Shown: positions 59,601-64,000 of the stretch, piece by piece
How the letters are laid out: each line of letters begins with the position of its first letter
Numbering within the stretch: the first letter of the stretch is position 1
Assembly (NCBI RefSeq): GCF_003918875.1
Contig: NW_025767547.1
Coordinates: 62,001 to 126,000, forward strand
From: Haliotis rubra
Lineage: Eukaryota
Reading direction: 5' to 3'
DNA: 64,000 bases
Translations under genes and position numbers: made by a program
Notes under the pieces: model-generated
Seen by the model: the letters and a program-made list of their open reading frames with translations, nothing else
Told to the model about the DNA's origin: nothing
The model's database searches: none

Positions 59601-62600
59601 TATGTGACATGTGACCCTATGGGATGTGTCTCATTACATGTGACCATGTGACCCATGTGACCCTATGTGATGTGTCTCATTACATGTGACCCCTTTAGAT
59701 GTGTCTCATTGCAATGTGGATGTGTCTCATTACATGTGACCCTATGGGATGTGTCTCATTACATGTGACCCTATGGGATGTGTCTCATTACATGTGACCC
59801 TATGTGATGTGTCTCATTACATGTGACCCTATGGGATGTGTCTCATTACATGTGACCCTATGTGATGTGTCTCATTACATGTGACCCTATGGGATGTGTC
59901 TCATTACATGTGACCCTATGGGATGTGTCTCATTACATGTGACCCTATGTGATGTGTCTCATTACATGTGACCCTATGTGATGTGTCTCATTACATGTGA
60001 CCCTATGGGATGTGTCTCATTACATGTGACCCTATGTGATGTGTCTCATTACATGTGACCCTATGGGATGTGTCAATCTGTGACCCTATGGGATGTGTCT
60101 CATTACATGTGACCCTATGTGATGTGTCTCATTACATGTGACCCTATGTGGATGTGTCTCATTTGACATGTGACTCCTATGTGGATGTGTCTCATTACAT
60201 GTGACCCTATGTGATGTGTCTCATTACATGTGACCCTATGTGATGTGTCTCATTACATGTGACCAAATGTGATGTGTCTCATTACATGTGACCCAATGTG
60301 ATGTGTCTCATTACATGTGACCCTATGTGATATATCTCATTACATGTGACCCTATGTGATGTCTCTGACAGATGTATGAGAGCACATGCCCCCTGAAGAT
60401 TGGATTTTACACTTGGGACGGCAACATTCGTCCAGTCCCCGCTACCATCAGAGCAGTCCATGTCGCCAAGACGGCCCTGGAGAAGATAGGACACAAGGTG
60501 CACTATTGTCAATTGACTATACAGTGATTGGGGGTTGTCAGTTCACACAATAGTGAATGTGGTTGTCAGTTGACACAATAATGAATGTGGTTGTCAATTG
60601 ACTATACAGTGAATGTGGTTGTCTGTTGACTGGACAGTGAATGGGGTTGTCTGTTGACTGGACAGTGAATGTGGTTGTCAATTGACTGGACAGTGAATGT
60701 GGTTGTCAATTGACTGGACAGTGAATGGGGTTGTTTGTTGACTGGACAGTGAATGTGGTTGTCAATTGACTGGACAGTGAATGTGGTTGTCTGTTGACTG
60801 GACAGTGAATTGGGTTGTCAGTTGACTGGACAGTAAATGTGGTTGCCTGTTGACTGGACAGTGTATGTAGTCGACTGGACAGTGAATGTGGTTTACTGGA
60901 CAGTGAATGTGGTTGTCAGTTGACTGGACAGTAGATGTGGTTGCCTGTTGACTGGACAGTGAATGAGGTTGTCAGTTGACTGGACAGTGAATGTGGTTGT
61001 CAGTTGACTGGACAGTGAATGTGGTTGTCAGTTGACTGGACAGTGAATGTGGTTGTCAGTTGACTGGCCGGTGAATGGGGTGGTCAGTTGACTGGACAGT
61101 GAATGTGGTTGTCAGTTGACTGGACAGTAAATGTGGTTGCCTGTTGACTGGACAGTGAATGTGGTTGTCAGTTGACTGGACAGTGAATGTGGCTTTCTTT
61201 TGACTTGCCGGTGAATGTGGTTTTCCTTTGACTGGCCGGTGAATGTGGTGGTCTGTTGACTGGACGGTGAATGAGGTGGTCTGTTGACTGGCCGGTGAAT
61301 GGGGTGGTCTGTTGACAGCGAATGTGGTTGTCAGCTGACTGGACGGTGCATGTGGTGACAGTGAATATTGTTGTCCCTTGATTCAACAGTGAGTGTCAGG
61401 TTGTTCCTCAGGCACCAGACCTAGACCTACCAGTCTTGAGACTTTGTTCCTGCAGTCTGATAGTTGGACAATGATTGTCAGTAGGACAATTCTAGATGAC
61501 TATATCCTCATTCATTCCCTTGGTAGCAGAGCCACTCTGAATACGGTTGACCACTCTGTTGTATGTTTCTCCAGGTTGTGAGCTTCTCGCCTCCACAGAT
61601 AGCCACGGTTTTCCCGTCTATGTTCGTGGCCCCAATGGGAGGAGATCGATGTCAGTCAGTCATGGAGCGAATGTGAGTACATGGTGTTCATCTTGTCAAC
61701 ATCCATTACATATCAATAGACATGTACTTTACAATCCTCGGGATTCACACATGTACTTCCTTCTGACATTATGTTTTATGCTGAGCAAAAATACAGCCGA
61801 ATTAGCAAAAGAATTTGTATAAATTATCGTTTTAGACACCTTGCTCTAATTACTCAAGACGAGAAATCTTAATACTTAATTGTTTTGGTTTGTTTTTCAT
61901 TTTACTTATCTCCTGAGTCACATATTATGGTGAATACGGTAATGGCTAGTGTCAGTGACTGTCATCATATTTAACAAGGTTTTTCTGAAGTTACTAAACT
62001 TCTGAGTCGAATATTATGGTGAATATGGTAATGGCTAGTGTCAGTCATGCCGTATACGTATATGCACTTGATGTCATGGTCTGATGAATATGCAGATGCG
62101 GTCACTTAGCAATCACTTCTTTCACGCTAAATACATTACTGCAATGTGTTTGCTCATGTGTGGACAAATTATGCCTGCAGTTGTTTGTTTTGGGGTGTTT
62201 CTGTTGCAAATAAACCTGTCAGTTTGCTCAAACACAATATTCATCGCAGTTGTTTAATCCATGAAAGAAATTAAAGAAATTCTTCCTGTGTGGAGGGAAA
62301 ACACTACATCGTGGTACCTGTAACACTTCATCGTGGTACCTGTAACACTACATCGTGGTACCTGTAACACTACATCGCGGTACCTGTAACACTACATGGC
62401 GACACCTGTAACACTACATCGCGGCACCTGTAACACTACATCGTGGCACCTGTAACACTACATCGTGGCACCTGTAACACTACATCGTGGCACCTGTAAC
62501 ACTACATCGTGGCACCTGTAACACTACATCGTGGCACCTGTAACACTACATCGTAGCACCTGTAACACTACATCGTGGTACCTGTAATATTTTTGTCCTG

Positions 62601-63328
62601 TTTCAGGGCTAACGATCACGTAGATGAAAGTCTTACGCTAGTGTATGCAGCATGTTCTATTCCCACGTGGTTGGTGACCCTCATATCCAAAGCTCTTCAA
62701 CCTCTGGTGAGTAACCTTAGCACATTTGGGACGATATTTCTCTGTGGCCGATATCAAAGTTGTGTTCCAAATTTGGGATATCACTTTCTTGTTCTCAAGT
62801 GGAGATATCACAGTTGTTTTCCTCAGTGGGGGATATCACGGAGTAGTATATCATAGTAGAATTTCTAAGTTCATGGTACTACAAAGTAGTATTTCCAAGT
62901 GGTGGATATTATATGTGTTTTCTGGGTGGAGAATATTACAGAGTAGATCTAGTATTCCTAAATGAGGGATATTACAATGTATTTTCTCTAAGTGGGAAAT
63001 ATTACAAAGTATTATTTCTACATGGATGATATTACAGACTAACATGTGCAAATGGGTGATATCATCCAGTCTTATCCATGGGCAATCCATACCACCATAT
63101 TTAATGACAGATGTTGTCCTTTCAGGACCCTGTTTTGGCGAAATCCTTCCAGAAGTTTACAGGAGTGAAGTAGGTTACCTGTTCGTTGTTCTTGGTGGAC
63201 TTTTATGACAATGAGTTGAACATTTATGTAAATGAGAATTGTATGAAATAACTGGAACAGAATAAATACTTTTGTAAATATTTTTCAGGTCAGTGTATGA
63301 CTGGTACAAGGTAGCAGTCAGAATCCAG
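47611..63328 (+). CDS. FAAH: Fatty-acid amide hydrolase 1-like amidase (partial; continues past the window end)
   Basis: Exons 47611-47826, 49160-49273, 49600-49656, 50512-50601, 51050-51121, 54010-54071, 54533-54739, 55253-55293, 57565-57689, 60372-60497, 61575-61672, 62607-62706, 63126-63169, 63289-63328; phases are consistent. N-terminal hydrophobic helix; GIPVSVKE (catalytic K), [10 protein letters not shown] and [12 protein letters not shown] (Ser-cisSer-Lys triad). Confidence 0.92.
47975..48322. repeat. 31-bp minisatellite
   Basis: gagactgagctgcctgttgtgtcgtgtgttt repeated. Confidence 0.95.
48359..48704. mobile_element. hAT-type MITE
   Basis: TIR cagggctccagataa / ttatctggagccct; acttctt on both flanks. 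Confidence 0.7.
49670..50090. repeat. 27-bp minisatellite
   Basis: tgtgtcaacatcagtcatgtgtatcat repeated. Confidence 0.93.
51137..52878. repeat. 31-bp minisatellite
   Basis: cacacttcagacaggttgtgtttacttatca repeated. Confidence 0.97.
53421..53942. mobile_element. MULE-type MITE with ~95-bp TIRs
   Basis: 9-bp TSD agttctaca; long TIR catcctggatgatctccagggtata..cctccctt. Confidence 0.8.
56558..57388. mobile_element. Foldback MITE with ~300-bp TIRs
   Basis: cacaggcccccactgc.. / ..gcagtgggggcctgtg; 8-bp TSD tttagttg. Confidence 0.85.
58018..60366. repeat. 29-bp minisatellite
   Basis: catgtgaccctatgtgatgtgtctcatta repeated. Confidence 0.97.
60505..61367. repeat. 28-bp minisatellite
   Basis: gactggacagtgaatgtggttgtcagtt repeated. 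Confidence 0.95.
62300..62587. repeat. 22-bp minisatellite
   Basis: acactacatcgtggcacctgta repeated. Confidence 0.95.
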
Positions 63329-63337
63329 GTCAGTGAT

Positions 63338-64000
63338 GAGTTGGATGGCATGGATTGTTGTCAGATGGGATTGAGTTGGGTGGCATGGATTGTTGTCAGA
63401 TGGAATCGAGTTGGGTGGCATGGATTGTTGCTAGATGGGATTGAGTTGGGTGGCATGGATTGTTGTCAGATGGGATGGAGTTGGGTGGCATGGATTGTTG
63501 TCAGATGGGACTGAGTTTGGTGGCATGGATTGTTGTCAGATGGGGACTGAGTTGGGTGGCATGGATTGTTGTCAGATGGGGACTGAATTGGGTGGCATGG
63601 ACTGTATTCAGAAGGGATGGAGTTGGGTGGCATGGATTGTTGTCAGATGGGGACTGAGTTGGGTGGCATGGATTGTTGTCAGATGGGACTGAGTTGGGTG
63701 GCATGGATTGTTGTCAGATGGGGATTGAGTTGGATGGCATGGATGGATGTCGAATGGGGACTGAGTTGATGGCATGGATGGATGTCAGATGGGGACTGAG
63801 TTGGGTTGCATGGATTGTTGTCAGATTGGATTGAGTTGGATGGCATGGATTGTTGTCAGATGAGATTGAGTTGGATGACATGGATTGATGTCAGATGGGA
63901 TTGAGTTGGTGGCATGGATTGTTGTCAGATGGGATTGAGTTGGATGACATGGATTGATGTCAGATGGGATTGAGTTGGTGGCAAGGATTGTTGTCAGATG
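63338..64000. repeat. 35-36-bp minisatellite
   Basis: gagttgggtggcatggattgttgtcagatgggatt repeated. Confidence 0.95.

Overview
Intron-rich eukaryotic genomic DNA from an invertebrate. The SINE families and (ACTC)n tails suggest a mollusc, possibly abalone; this is an inference only. The main feature is a cluster of three cGAS-like receptor genes (cGLR; Mab-21/CD-NTase fold): A at 331-3074 (-), B at 21616-27531 (+) and C at 31090-35126 (-). I spliced them by hand. All three have four coding exons with intron phases 0/1/1 and an intact GS..E-h-D..D nucleotidyltransferase site, and all lack the vertebrate cGAS zinc thumb. Their N-termini differ. A and C carry perfect tandem arrays of a 34-aa C-x2-C-x9-H-x2-C zinc-finger-like unit: 5 plus 1 broken unit in A, 11 in C. 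These units are homogenised within each gene but strongly diverged between the genes. B instead has a long basic, disordered N-terminus with 64-aa repeats and a hydrophobic segment. The cluster is interleaved with relics of a Polinton/Maverick (integrase chromodomain plus packaging ATPase), Crypton-type tyrosine recombinase fragments, mariner and L2-type LINE fragments, many SINEs and MITEs, and large minisatellites. One minisatellite can be traced to a single-copy seed in the paralogous DNA. The right half holds an FBXL12-like gene (-) with a disrupted first exon. Head-to-head with it is a FAAH-like amidase gene (+) with 14 exons seen, which runs off the window.
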